Source of the DNA: a virus
Reading direction: 5' to 3' (one strand)
Length of the DNA: 64,000 bases
IMG/VR virus record: IMGVR_UViG_3300037222_000100
Coordinates: 103,870-167,869 of that record
In this document: positions 1 through 10,037 of the stretch, piece by piece
Layout of the letters: each line of letters starts with the position of its first letter
Numbering within the stretch: the first letter of the stretch is position 1
The notes under the pieces: model-generated
Databases searched by the model: none
What the model was told of the DNA's origin: nothing
What the model saw: the letters and a program-made list of their open reading frames with translations, nothing else
Position numbers and translations under genes: made by a program

Positions 1-1362
1 TTTGTCCTCTAACTCTTTCAGGCGCGGATCAGCGGCAATAAACGGTGAAGCATCTCGACCTGTCACCGTCTCGACCTCTCCAGTCGGGCGAATCTCCACT
101 CCGGATTTCCAATCGACCAGGTGATGCGGGATGCCTGCGCTTTCTACATACTGCGAGTGTGATGTGCCATGATTGAAACTTTCGTTGGGATCGACATTAG
201 CGTCGCGAGGGTGATATGCCTTCCACGTATGGGGCTCACCGGCAATCATCAGACCTCGCCCCTGCCATCCGGGCTCCCACTGCATAGTGCTTGGCTGCGA
301 CTCAGGGGTGAGGCCCACGATGTCATCCATCTCGCTAGCAAACATCCGTTGCAATAGACCAGGCTCCTTGGGCGACTCGAAGGCCGGAGGAGTACGCCAT
401 GTCTCCTGATTCTGAAAGACGTTGGTTGGCTCAGGACGACTTGCCGGGGGTGTCGCTTGTTTGCACTGCGGGCAATACATCGTCCCATCAGAGAGCACGA
501 GTGCATCGGACTCACAGGTCGCGCACGGGGCCTGCTGTGCGGCCTCGTGAGTGCTGCCCTGGCGCACAGGACCAAGCGCGCCAGGTGTCTCTATAAGACC
601 CGGTGAAAAGCCATGCTCCATGGCGTGAGGGACACGCTGCCATCCCTTCATGACGGCAGGGTCTTCCTCGCCGCGCACCGGCCAACTGTGATCACAGTGA
701 ACGCAGAAGATGTCTCCCTGATCTGGGTCTTGCATTACTTCGCCGCCGCAATTGGGGCAACGAAGATTGAGCATTGGATCGACAAGGGCCGCAAGTGCGC
801 CTTGATGAGCCGGGCCTAGCGCAGGAAGGGTGGAAGGATTCTTCCAAGGACCCCGACCTTTTTCAAGGTGCCGAGGGTCAAGTAGCTCATCTGCTCCAGG
901 CATGTCCTCCCACTCACCGCCATCGTATGGAATGGTATAGCCACAATTGAGGCACTCACCATACCCGTTCATGGACGAGGGAACACGACACGATGGACAG
1001 GTGTGATTGGGGATCGATCCGCTCTCTGGGATCGAAGTTCCATCTGGGAGTCTAAGATCGCTCTCGACCAAAGCTGCGAGGGTAGGCAAGTCTGTGACCT
1101 TGCCATGCATGAAGTTGTCGCGACGCCAGGCAGGCTGTTCTGGGTGCCCGCCCATGATGGTGCCCTCGCCTAGCGGGTTGCCTCCCTGGTCCTTCTGTGT
1201 GTCGCTATCAACCATGTCCCGGAGCGTGCCATCGCTTTGAGTAGGGGACGGCTGATCGCGGAAAAAGCGCTTCCCACCACAATCCGGACAAGCAGTCGCG
1301 CCAGAGATATCGCCTGGCGAGAGGACGAAATGGTGCGAGCAATCTTCACAGCTAACCAGCAT
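1..1362 (-). CDS. Large multidomain protein, >=454 aa, runs off the window: four CxxC..CxxC zinc ribbons, then a WEPGxxGRG..HTW..DPRLK domain
   Basis: Absent from the ORF track because it has no stop in the window. Manual reading from ATG 1362 to base 1 finds no stop (MLVSCEDCSHHF...ADPRLKELEDK). TGTCATAAT lies 5 nt upstream. Confidence 0.85.
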   Translation of the reverse strand, partial: MLVSCEDCSHHFVLSPGDISGATACPDCGGKRFFRDQPSPTQSDGTLRDMVDSDTQKDQGGNPLGEGTIMGGHPEQPAWRRDNFMHGKVTDLPTLAALVESDLRLPDGTSIPESGSIPNHTCPSCRVPSSMNGYGECLNCGYTIPYDGGEWEDMPGADELLDPRHLEKGRGPWKNPSTLPALGPAHQGALAALVDPMLNLRCPNCGGEVMQDPDQGDIFCVHCDHSWPVRGEEDPAVMKGWQRVPHAMEHGFSPGLIETPGALGPVRQGSTHEAAQQAPCATCESDALVLSDGTMYCPQCKQATPPASRPEPTNVFQNQETWRTPPAFESPKEPGLLQRMFASEMDDIVGLTPESQPSTMQWEPGWQGRGLMIAGEPHTWKAYHPRDANVDPNESFNHGTSHSQYVESAGIPHHLVDWKSGVEIRPTGEVETVTGRDASPFIAADPRLKELEDK

Positions 1363-1393
1363 CAGTCATTATGACACAGATGCGACGCAGTTG

Positions 1394-2257
1394 CTAGCCA
1401 GGGCGAACGCCCCACCCGGCAGGTGCGACCCAAGTGGAAGCGGTGTTTTTTGCCTCTTCGGCTGTCTCGTCTTCTGCGCCCTGCTGGATGACCCATTCGA
1501 ATGAGACTTCGAGACTCACGCCCCCTGCATTTTCGGCGGCGAGCACGACCGTTGATGTTCCTTTGGTCGTCGGGGTACCCGTGATCACTCCGGTCGCTGC
1601 ATTGATCGACAGTCCGGCTGGCAAACTGGATGCCGTATAGACGGTAGGTGTGCCTGTAGCAGCAACATGGAGCGCGGTGATCGGTGTGCCGTGATAGCTT
1701 AGCTGTTTCGCCGGTTTGCTAACGACAGGAACGGCTATTAGGATTTCCCATTCGAATTCAACTTCAACAGCCGACCCCGTTCCGTTTTTGGCGGACAGTT
1801 TGACTTTAGCTGTTTCGGCAGTCGTCGGCGTACCTGTGATTTCGCCGATTTTCGCTCCCGATTTTACGATTGACAAACCAGCGGGTAGTCCAGCAGCCGA
1901 GATTTCAGTAGGCGTTTCGGTAGCCACGATGGTCAGCGGCGTGATTACTGTTCCGATATGACCGGTCTGTTTAGCTGGTTTGGTAATGACCGGAACTTTG
2001 GGTTCGACTTCCCATTCGAATTCTACTTCAGGACTTGTGCCTTCAATGTTTTTGGCACTCAATTTGACTTTGGCTGTTTCAGCCGTGGTCGGCGTGCCTT
2101 CGATTATGCCCGTGAGCGGTTTGATCGTCAAGCCTGCGGGCAAGCCGGTCGCTTTGTATTCGAGAGGCATTTCAGTAGCTTCAACCTGGAATGGCGCGAT
2201 TGCTACGCTCTTTGTGGAGGTCTGTTTCGCTGGTTTTGTTACGACGGGGGCTGCCAT
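1394..2257 (-). CDS. Putative Ig (He_PIG-like) repeat virion protein, three Ig domains
   Basis: Three PVxxKPAKQ...LPAGLxI...IxGTPT...FEW repeats. Confidence 0.85.
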   Translation of the reverse strand: MAAPVVTKPAKQTSTKSVAIAPFQVEATEMPLEYKATGLPAGLTIKPLTGIIEGTPTTAETAKVKLSAKNIEGTSPEVEFEWEVEPKVPVITKPAKQTGHIGTVITPLTIVATETPTEISAAGLPAGLSIVKSGAKIGEITGTPTTAETAKVKLSAKNGTGSAVEVEFEWEILIAVPVVSKPAKQLSYHGTPITALHVAATGTPTVYTASSLPAGLSINAATGVITGTPTTKGTSTVVLAAENAGGVSLEVSFEWVIQQGAEDETAEEAKNTASTWVAPAGWGVRPG

Positions 2258-2685
2258 TAGACCCTACCGCGCTCGAAGGCTCGTGCGGCGAGACGGAATT
2301 CTTCCTGATCCGTTCCGCCGTTGGTGTAAACGACGCGCCAATATGGAGCCCCGGCGAAGGCGGAGAAGCTGACGGTGGCTTTAGCCGCAACCACAAAGGT
2401 CGCCGGACGTTTCGCCAGTTCCAACTCTTCCGGCCACGAACACGGAGCCCAATGACCTTCTTCGGCCCATTTCTGCATCAGGTCTTTCGTGTTTTCTGCT
2501 TTGGCGTAGTTTTCCGCGCTGGGTACTACCGGCAGATCAAAGCTCTCCTGGACTTCCAGTGTGCCCCCTTGATCGGAGGTCACGGTACCCGAAATCCATT
2601 CGGCGAAGTCCGCCTGTGCAGGCAGCGACGTGAAGACTTTTCCTTTTTTGAGCAGTGCGGTGGTGCCGACGAAATGTGCCATCAC
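2257..2685 (-). CDS. Hypothetical, probably virion protein
   Basis: 142-aa ORF coupled (TAATG) to the Ig gene. Confidence 0.6.
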   Translation of the reverse strand: MMAHFVGTTALLKKGKVFTSLPAQADFAEWISGTVTSDQGGTLEVQESFDLPVVPSAENYAKAENTKDLMQKWAEEGHWAPCSWPEELELAKRPATFVVAAKATVSFSAFAGAPYWRVVYTNGGTDQEEFRLAARAFERGRV

Positions 2686-2706
2686 CCGTTATGCCCTTGA
2701 ACGAGG

Positions 2707-2735
2707 TTGATTTGAAGCTGATCGACTGGTAGACT
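2707..2735 (+). promoter_or_regulatory. sigma70-like promoter, leaderless (TTGATT-17-TAGACT, ATG 7 nt downstream)
   Basis: Hexamers and spacing read directly; TGn extension present. Confidence 0.65.
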
Positions 2736-2742
2736 GCCGCGC

Positions 2743-2955
2743 ATGAGCTTCAACGCCAAGGGAGCCATGGATCGCTTCCATCCTCTGGCCGTGACCTACG
2801 AAGGTGTTTCGGGCTGGTGGGTCTGTGACGGCCATGCCGATACCGAGCACACCCTAGCTGTGCCATGCATCGAGGAGCCCTGCGAGGATCGCGATGAGGC
2901 AGTGGCGCTCTGTGCTATTCTGAACGAAGATCATGAGTCCTCCGTCAATGGGTAA
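2743..2955 (+). CDS. Hypothetical protein
   Basis: Starts at a leaderless promoter; overlaps the next gene. Confidence 0.6.
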   Translation: MSFNAKGAMDRFHPLAVTYEGVSGWWVCDGHADTEHTLAVPCIEEPCEDRDEAVALCAILNEDHESSVNG

Positions 2956-3505
2956 GACCGCTCTCATCGTCGTTGATGCACAGAACGACTATCAGCCGGA
3001 CGGCATCCTCGGCTTCCCTGGCAGTGACTCCATCATCGGACCCCTGGTCGAGTTCGGCACGCTCGCTGCCGATGTCGTGATAGCATCGCGCAATCAGCGT
3101 CCGTCCAACCACGAGTCGTTCGCTTCTGAGTCTCATGGCGGTCACTGGCCCGCCAATTGCATCAAGGGTACGAAGGGGGCTGCGCTCGTTTCGGACATTG
3201 CAGCCATAGCCGACTACGTTGTGACCAAGGGCTTGCGCAAAGATCAAGGAGGCTACACGGCGTTCGAAGCCGGGACGCTGCGACCACTCAAGAGCCTAGA
3301 GGACATCCTGGCCGACGAGAAGGTCACGCACATCGCCATAGGCGGATATTGGTTGGAGTGGTGCGTCGCGCAGACAGCCTTCGATGCCAACGCCTTGGGC
3401 TACCCGACCGCCGTTGAGTTGACCGCCACACAGTCGCTTGCGACCCGACCCGATCAAGCAGATCAGATACAGCGATTGCAGAAGGCGGGCATCGTTTGTG
3501 TCTGA
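2948..3505 (+). CDS. pncA: Nicotinamidase/isochorismatase family cysteine hydrolase
   Basis: ALIVVDAQNDY, HWPANC, K-G..YTAF, GGYWLEWCV (D-K-C triad positions). Confidence 0.85.
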   Translation: MGKTALIVVDAQNDYQPDGILGFPGSDSIIGPLVEFGTLAADVVIASRNQRPSNHESFASESHGGHWPANCIKGTKGAALVSDIAAIADYVVTKGLRKDQGGYTAFEAGTLRPLKSLEDILADEKVTHIAIGGYWLEWCVAQTAFDANALGYPTAVELTATQSLATRPDQADQIQRLQKAGIVCV

Positions 3506-3519
3506 TGCTATAGTGGCGC

Positions 3520-3834
3520 GTGATGTCTGACAAACCAACTCCCTACGCCATCTCGCTCGTGCTGCATCGCGGCGTGAATCCAGGATGGCGTGTCCATACT
3601 GCACCTGTTAGCGCCCCAGAGGGCGTACCTGTCTCGATCAAAGAGGCCGAGGCGTTTGCTCGCACGGCAGGAGACATCGCGGGCTACGGCGAGGAGACAC
3701 CGACTCCGTTTGAAGTTGTTCGCGATGGCACCACGGAGTATCGTGCAGAGGTCGAGGCGCAGCTATCAGAGGCCGAGACGCGCGCAGCCACCATCCCCGC
3801 CTTGCGTCGTGCGCTAAAGGACTTCGAGTCATGA
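3520..3834 (+). CDS. Hypothetical protein
   Basis: TGC-TATAGT (3506-3514) just upstream; first gene of a closely packed run. Confidence 0.6.
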   Translation: MMSDKPTPYAISLVLHRGVNPGWRVHTAPVSAPEGVPVSIKEAEAFARTAGDIAGYGEETPTPFEVVRDGTTEYRAEVEAQLSEAETRAATIPALRRALKDFES

Positions 3835-4082
3835 TGCATCCCGAAGATTGGGTGCGTGAACGCGCTAACGAACCGCTATCTCGGCACGAGCAATACTCAC
3901 GCGACGTGACTTGCATACCTGAGGGCGTAGACCTTTTCTATCCGACAGGATCGCCTCGCGATCTTGCCATTAGCCAAGCCATCCGACAGGCGGTCGATCA
4001 ATGGATCGCCGATGATATGGACGGTGCGCTAACATGTCTTCAAGCGGCGGAGGAATTCGTCCACACCCACATACCCTTCTGA
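3831..4082 (+). CDS. Hypothetical protein
   Basis: ATGA overlap with the previous ORF. Confidence 0.55.
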   Translation: MMHPEDWVRERANEPLSRHEQYSRDVTCIPEGVDLFYPTGSPRDLAISQAIRQAVDQWIADDMDGALTCLQAAEEFVHTHIPF

Positions 4083-4092
4083 AAGGAGAATC

Positions 4093-4447
4093 GATGTTCT
4101 TTGACACAACCTTGCAGGTCTTCTCGCTCGATCTGGCCACCGTACTGCCGGAGGTAGACGAGAGCGGTCAGACACAGGGCACTCCGCACCTAGTCCTGGC
4201 CATGGTGACGGGCATTGCTATCCCTACCCCAGAGGGGCGACAGGTCCTTCCTGTTGGTGTCATCCGCGTTCCTCTCGGCCGTGAGCTAGCCATTGCCAAA
4301 GCGCAAGAGTTGCTAGAGGCAGCCGAAGCGCTTCCTGAGCCGAAGCCGGAGAGCGACCTGGCCATCGTCCACAGCATGGAGGAGGCTCGCCAGGCGGCTG
4401 AGTTCGACCAGCAGGTTCGTAGCGGCGCTGTTGCTGAGTCTGCATGA
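4093..4447 (+). CDS. Hypothetical protein (start MFFDTT, coordinate approximate)
   Basis: AAGGAG Shine-Dalgarno before the ATG; ATGA overlap with dcd. Confidence 0.55.
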
Positions 4448-5019
4448 CCGTGCTCAGCGATCAGGACGTACGCGCCCGTCTCAAGGCGCGTAGCAAAGGC
4501 ATCGGCATCAAGCCCTGCAAGGACAGCCAGGTGCAACCAGCAAGCGTCGATTTGACGCTCGCAAATGAATTCTCGGTCTTCCCACAGCCGCACTTCGACT
4601 CGCGCTTCGAGTCGGAGTTCGTCATCGACATGGAGGACGCAAAGAAAGTCCCGGTCAAACGCTTCGTCTCTAACGAGTGGCACCTGGAGCCGGGAGAACT
4701 GGTGCTGTGTTCGACAGCAGAGTACGTTGAAATCCCGTCCGACATCCAGGCGCAGGTCCACGGCGAGTCCTCTCTCGGTCGTCTCGGTCTGCTCGTTCAC
4801 GCGACGGCGGGCTTCATCGACCCCGGCTTCAAAGGGAACATCACTTTGGAGATGTACAACCTGAACAAGAGGTCCATTGTCCTACGCGCAGGCAAGTCCA
4901 TCTGCCAGCTATCGTTCGCGCTGCTCTCATCTCCCGCAGAGTTCCCGTATGGGCATCCGAAGCTCAAGTCGAAGTACCAGAACCAGAAAGGCGTTCAAGG
5001 GTCGCTCTATGCTGGCTGA
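4444..5019 (+). CDS. dcd: dCTP deaminase
   Basis: LSD, QPASVDL, SSLGRLG..HATAGFIDPGFKGNITLE, ICQL, KYQNQ. Confidence 0.95.
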   Translation: MTVLSDQDVRARLKARSKGIGIKPCKDSQVQPASVDLTLANEFSVFPQPHFDSRFESEFVIDMEDAKKVPVKRFVSNEWHLEPGELVLCSTAEYVEIPSDIQAQVHGESSLGRLGLLVHATAGFIDPGFKGNITLEMYNLNKRSIVLRAGKSICQLSFALLSSPAEFPYGHPKLKSKYQNQKGVQGSLYAG

Positions 5020-5290
5020 GATTCAGTACGAGCAGGCCCTTCATGGCATCGATCCGACTCTCGCTGCCGTCAAACGAAAGCGCGAAGAGCAGCTTGAGAA
5101 GTGGGGGACCCAGGACCACGATCCTGAGATGTGGTACGCCATCCTTGGCGAGGAGTTCGGAGAGGTCGGCAAGGAGATCGCAGAGGGGCGCATCAAACCC
5201 TTCGACAAGGCCAAGTACCGCAAAGAGTGCCTCCACACCGCTGCCGTTGCTCTGGCCATGGTCCAGTGCGTAGATGACGGAATCGCTTGA
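5009..5290 (+). CDS. MazG-like NTP pyrophosphohydrolase
   Basis: ILGEEFGEV...ECLHTAAVA (EExxE..E pattern); next to dcd. Confidence 0.7.
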   Translation: MLAEIQYEQALHGIDPTLAAVKRKREEQLEKWGTQDHDPEMWYAILGEEFGEVGKEIAEGRIKPFDKAKYRKECLHTAAVALAMVQCVDDGIA

Positions 5291-5398
5291 AATCCGTAGC
5301 CTAAGCTGGTATACTATGGCGTATGACCAATACCGAAGAGTTCCCTCCCACCGCTGAGCAGCAGGCCGCTTGACAATCGCGAGCAAAGAGAGGATAAT
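5287..5398 (+). promoter_or_regulatory. Two tandem sigma70-like promoters (TTGAAA-17-TATACT; TTGACA-17-GATAAT)
   Basis: 5287-5315 with ATG at 5323; 5370-5398 with ATG at 5407. Confidence 0.8.
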
Positions 5399-5406
5399 CT
5401 CAAGCT

Positions 5407-6183
5407 ATGACCGCTGAGAGCAAACCCTTCCTAGGCCGCTGCAAGCAGTGCGACTACGCGGTCTTCACGACCGAGGAGGACATCGGCAAGGTGAACGATC
5501 TGGCTGGAGTGCAAGCAGGGCGCACAGCCATGAGAGTCTCAGGCCGGGGCGGAGTCGTGGCACGCTGCACAAACAACCACCGGGTCTTCTCACTCAGGCG
5601 GATCGAGGGCACCTACAGCGAGGACTTCAAATGCGACTCGCGGTGCATGAACGCCAAGGGGCACAAGTGCAAGTGCTCATGTGGCGGGCTCAATCACGGT
5701 CGCGGGCACGCGGTCCAGCTTCAGTCCCTCGGTACGGCCGTCGCCAACATCAACGAGGGCTACGGCATCACTGGCGTCCGGGTCGGTGGCCAGAGCATCT
5801 CCAACGACGAGCTTCGCGGGCGTCGGGAGGACGAGGAGGACACGGCCGCTGAGCGCCGCCTGATTGCAGCACAGGCCAAGGACATGCGCTACCCCAAACA
5901 GCACATCGGGGAGATCGGTGAGAAAGTCTACTTCACGGGCGAGCTTCGCCAGAAGCGTGAGATCAACGACTCCATCCTGCATGTGTTCTATACCGAGGTC
6001 CACTCGGCTCCTCATAACGAGTTTGTCGGCGAGGCCAAGGTCGAGTGGTGGATGCCCGCCTCCGTGCCGGACCCCGGCTTCGAGATGGGCGAGGTCTACG
6101 ACCTCAAGGCTAAGGTCAAGCGCCACGACCACCATCCCAAATGGGGCAACGCTACTGTTGTCACCTACCTAGAGGAGGTCTGA
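5407..6183 (+). CDS. Cys/His-rich (Zn-binding) N-terminus plus OB-fold-like C-terminus
   Basis: CDSRC..A.G..CKCSCGG.NHG; C-terminal GE.Y.LKAKVK.H pattern. Confidence 0.6.
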   Translation: MTAESKPFLGRCKQCDYAVFTTEEDIGKVNDLAGVQAGRTAMRVSGRGGVVARCTNNHRVFSLRRIEGTYSEDFKCDSRCMNAKGHKCKCSCGGLNHGRGHAVQLQSLGTAVANINEGYGITGVRVGGQSISNDELRGRREDEEDTAAERRLIAAQAKDMRYPKQHIGEIGEKVYFTGELRQKREINDSILHVFYTEVHSAPHNEFVGEAKVEWWMPASVPDPGFEMGEVYDLKAKVKRHDHHPKWGNATVVTYLEEV

Positions 6184-8524
6184 TGGTAGTCCGCGAGAAG
6201 AACCAAGCCGCCAAATACCTCCGCGAGCAGATCGCCGAGGCGGAGGCCCTTCTCGCAGGGCTGCGCGCGGACGAGGAGGTACTGAAGGATTATCCTCCCG
6301 AGACGCCGACGTGGCACTGTGCTGTCATCTCTGCGTGGTCCTCGGAGGGCGAGCCTAGCTGGTCAGGCGACCTCCAGGCAGCAGACCTACGTGAGGCCGT
6401 CTACGAGGCCATGCTTGCCTTCTGCAAGAAGGCGCAGCGTGTCTTTCCCGGCCACAAGGGCAGCACCGGTAAGGTCTACGACTACTTCGATGTGCAGGGA
6501 GATGTGCTTGTCGCGCTACGGCTGCCAAATGGATCGCTCATTCCGGCTGATAGCGAGAGCGTCGAAAAGCTCAAGCGCGAGTTCAAGCGCAAAGCTTCTA
6601 CGCCGAAGCCCGTACGCAAACGACCGAAAGGGATCACGTCATGAGTCTGTTGATTTGGATCGGAGTCGTCTGGGGCGGAGCTACTCTGGCGATGATGCTG
6701 CTGCTCTGGAACAAGCCCTTCTACTGGAACTTCAAAGGGAACCGCACGCAGCTTCATACGCCTCTGTTCAAGGTCGGAATCTGCGCGTTCTTCGCGGCAT
6801 TCCTGCTCCTCTCGGCTGTCCCGCACGTCCTCTTGCGTTTCGTGGGCCTCCGGGGCTTCTGGGACGCGAAGGACAAAAGCTACACGCTGATGAACCCCTT
6901 CCGGCGGAGAGGACGGTAGACGGCCTCTGCTACAATGGGGACCATGGATAACCCCTCAACCGACGCCCCCGTCATCTTCATCGAGGACGACGAGCCCACC
7001 GACGAGCAGCTACAAATCGCCTTCCATCGCGCCAAGAAGGAGTTCGGCGACTGCGTAGCAGATTACGAGAGCGAGGCATTCGAGACAGAGTTCGCAGACC
7101 AACTCAATCTCATCCTGAATGAGGAGGCCATAGGCAACCTCGTTGAGAAGGGCCTCATGGAGGTTCGTGTCCGCGATGATGGTCATCTAGGCTATGCCGT
7201 GACCTCGACCGGAGAGGCCGTCCTGGGGGCTCTGTGATTCTACGGGACTGTCCTACATGTGGAAAGCCGCAGCATCTAGAATCGTATGGATCGAGGGGAG
7301 CTTGGTACATACACACGATGAGCGGACAAATGCCGTGTCAACTTGAAAGGGATCATGACCACAAGAGCCACCACCAGCAAACCCCGCAAACGCCGGAAGG
7401 ACGCGGGCCGACCCAAGGAACTGTCTGAGGCGCACAAGGAGAAGATGCGCGTCGCTCGTGAGCGTAAGCGAAAGGAGCGAGAAAAAGCGGAGGTCAAAGA
7501 CGAGCAGAAGGCGCTCCGCGAAAGCATCAAGCGACTCCAAGCTCATCTCGCCAAATCCGTACGCGAGGACGACAAAGCGTACGCGCGATACCGTCGCTCT
7601 TCGGGCGAAAAGAACTTCAATCTCTGGCTCCGGGCGAACACCAATCTGCTCAACGCGACCACCGCGCTCAGCGCGCACGAACAGAGGCTCACGGCATGAA
7701 GAAGACCAAGCCAGAACTCCGTGAGGAGAACAAGCGTCTGCTCACGGAGGTCGCTCGACTGAAAACGGACATCTGGGTCCTGGAAGCCGACAAGGGCGTG
7801 CTTGAACAGCGTCTTGGTCTGCGTCCCAAGTCCAAACTCATCCCAGAGAGCGCTCATGATCAACAGCCCCTCTCTTCTGTGCTCGTCGGCACCGTTGCTG
7901 ATAGACTTAGACGAGTCCGCGAAAGGTAATAGACGATGCTCGATGCCCAACGATCAATTGGAGGAAAATGATGCGACGAGTTGTAGTCAGTAGCGACACG
8001 GGACGCCTCTACACCTACGAAACCGATCTTGACGTTTCGGAGGGTGATGTGGTGCTTTTGCCACCGGGCGGGTCAGACGAGCCTTGGGAGGGCACCGTGA
8101 CATCGTTCGCGTCCAAATACAAGGGACCATGCAAGAAGATCATTGAAGTGGTATGACCGGCATTCCAACAAAGCGCCTACTTCCATTCCTAGCTATTCTG
8201 TCTATCGGTCTTGTTGGTTGCGGCTCTACCACTATCCAAACCGTAACAGTTCACAAGCCCGCGCCTGTTGTGCCAGTCCAACCAACGTGCGGTTATGTCT
8301 GCAAATTGGCTCAAGAATCGGTATCCAAAGAAGCCGCAGAATACGAAGCCAAGAAGAGAAGTAAAGCATACGCAGAAAGAAATCGTGAAGAATCCCACCG
8401 CAATACAGAAGCGGTTGAACTGTTCAACCGGCAAAGTAGGAACCAGTACCAGGCAGCCAAAGAACGCGAATGGCGTAATGAACATACTCACCAATGCAGT
8501 CCGTCCGCAATGTCTAATTGCTAA
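6183..8524 (+). CDS. Run of small, mostly coupled hypothetical genes (6183-6644, 6641-6919, 6944-7237, 7234-7428, 7355-7699, 7696-7929, 7968-8156, 8153-8524; the last is lipoprotein-like)
   Basis: ATGA/GTGA overlaps; the last ORF has a hydrophobic stretch then LVGC lipobox. Confidence 0.55.
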
Positions 8525-8542
8525 TCAGGTCTTGATCCAGAC

Positions 8543-9040
8543 GTGAGCTACGACCAGAAAGCATACAAGAAACAATATGACCTCGATCACAAAGAGGAAA
8601 AGAACGAAAAGGGTAAATCTTACTATATCGCGAACCGCGAGACTATCAAAAAGAAATCTCGTAAACACTACGAAAAGAATAAAGAGGCAATTCAGGCCCA
8701 ACGTCGCGCAAAAGTTCTATCTAGCCTAACCTCCCAAGCCGTTAGATGCGCAGCCGTAAAGCGATGGCAAAAGAGAAATCCCGAGAAGGCTCGGATAATC
8801 AACACTAACGCGGGTAAAGATCGTAAAGCGCGAAAGCTCAAACAGTTCGTTGAGCACATCGACCGTGCCGTAGTCTATGAACAGCACGACGGAATCTGCG
8901 GCATCTGCGAAAAGCCCATCGTGGGAAAGTTCCATGTAGATCACATCATGCCGCTTGCCAAAGGTGGTTTGCACTGCTATACTAATGTGCAAGTTGCTCA
9001 TCCGAAGTGTAATTTGTCCAAGAAGGACAAAATCCTATGA
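8543..9040 (+). CDS. HNH endonuclease
   Basis: CGIC..HVDHIMPLAKGGLH..NVQVAHPKCN; basic N-terminus; AT-richer than neighbours. Confidence 0.92.
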   Translation: MSYDQKAYKKQYDLDHKEEKNEKGKSYYIANRETIKKKSRKHYEKNKEAIQAQRRAKVLSSLTSQAVRCAAVKRWQKRNPEKARIINTNAGKDRKARKLKQFVEHIDRAVVYEQHDGICGICEKPIVGKFHVDHIMPLAKGGLHCYTNVQVAHPKCNLSKKDKIL

Positions 9041-9399
9041 CCGATATTCCCCCCGATCTCAAGCGCTTGCTCGATCCCGGTCAATCGCCTGATCCCGATC
9101 CTGGTCCCATACAATTTTTGTGGGTCTATGACCCCGTAGAGAATGAGGTCCACGTCGATCACAACGAAGATCGGCACCCGACTGAGCGCATCACGCACAA
9201 AGACTTCAAGACCGATGTGACGCACGAGAGCGCTGTGCGTGGTTTCGCCTACCGCATCAAGGGCGGTTGGAGGATCACTGATCGAGACAGCCAGGAGGTC
9301 AAGGACCCATACATCGTGAAGCTTGTGATCGCCGCTCTCAAGGGCGAGCCCGCTGCACAGCCGGGACCACATCCGCGTCCCCATGGCATGCCATCATGA
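9037..9399 (+). CDS. Hypothetical protein with a hYxP..H domain (see findings)
   Basis: FLWVYDPVENEVHV..ITHKD. Confidence 0.6.
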   Translation: MTDIPPDLKRLLDPGQSPDPDPGPIQFLWVYDPVENEVHVDHNEDRHPTERITHKDFKTDVTHESAVRGFAYRIKGGWRITDRDSQEVKDPYIVKLVIAALKGEPAAQPGPHPRPHGMPS

Positions 9400-9636
9400 G
9401 CGAGCTAAGCACGTTCCCGAGCATAGAGCACTCGATCAAGGAGATCGTTGAGCGACGCCAGAACCATGTCGTATCTGGTGCGCCCCATGACTCGTTGACG
9501 GATTACATTGGCGAGCTACAGGCAAAGCTCAATCGCATCTACACGCTCGCCGATGAAGCTCGCGGATGCGTCGGACAGATCGATCACACGTTCGGTCAGG
9601 CGCAGCAGACGAACGAGGACTGCGAACTGTGCCAGG

Positions 9637-9957
9637 CTAAGGTTGCCCTGGACGAGATTCGTCGTGAGGCGAATCTGTCGCTGCGGCCGTAGCCTCTTTG
9701 CGTCGCGTCATCTCATTGATATGTTCGCGATTGATCTTCCCGTCACTGGGCACATGGGGATGATGTACGTGGCAGAGTTTCAGATGGCCGTGCGTGAAGC
9801 GCCCCAGTCGATGACATCCTTCCTGGTTGCATTCGAAATGATGCCAAGCCCCAAAGAATAGAGCTAGTCCCCCAAGCCCCTCGACACAGGCGATGACTTC
9901 GGTCCAGGAGGACGTAAATGGGATGTGGCTGAGGATGCTAGCGAGTAGAACGATCAT
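9637..9957 (-). CDS. Small membrane protein with a Cys/His motif
   Basis: Hydrophobic N-terminus, CxxxGC..CxxHHP; GCTAATAG 3 nt upstream of ATG. Confidence 0.6.
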   Translation of the reverse strand: MIVLLASILSHIPFTSSWTEVIACVEGLGGLALFFGAWHHFECNQEGCHRLGRFTHGHLKLCHVHHPHVPSDGKINREHINEMTRRKEATAAATDSPHDESRPGQP

Positions 9958-10037
9958 CGTCTATTAGCTTGCAGAAGGAGGTTCGATCTTGCAAGACGCG
10001 CTTGAGATACGCTATGGACTTTGGTATACTATGGGAT

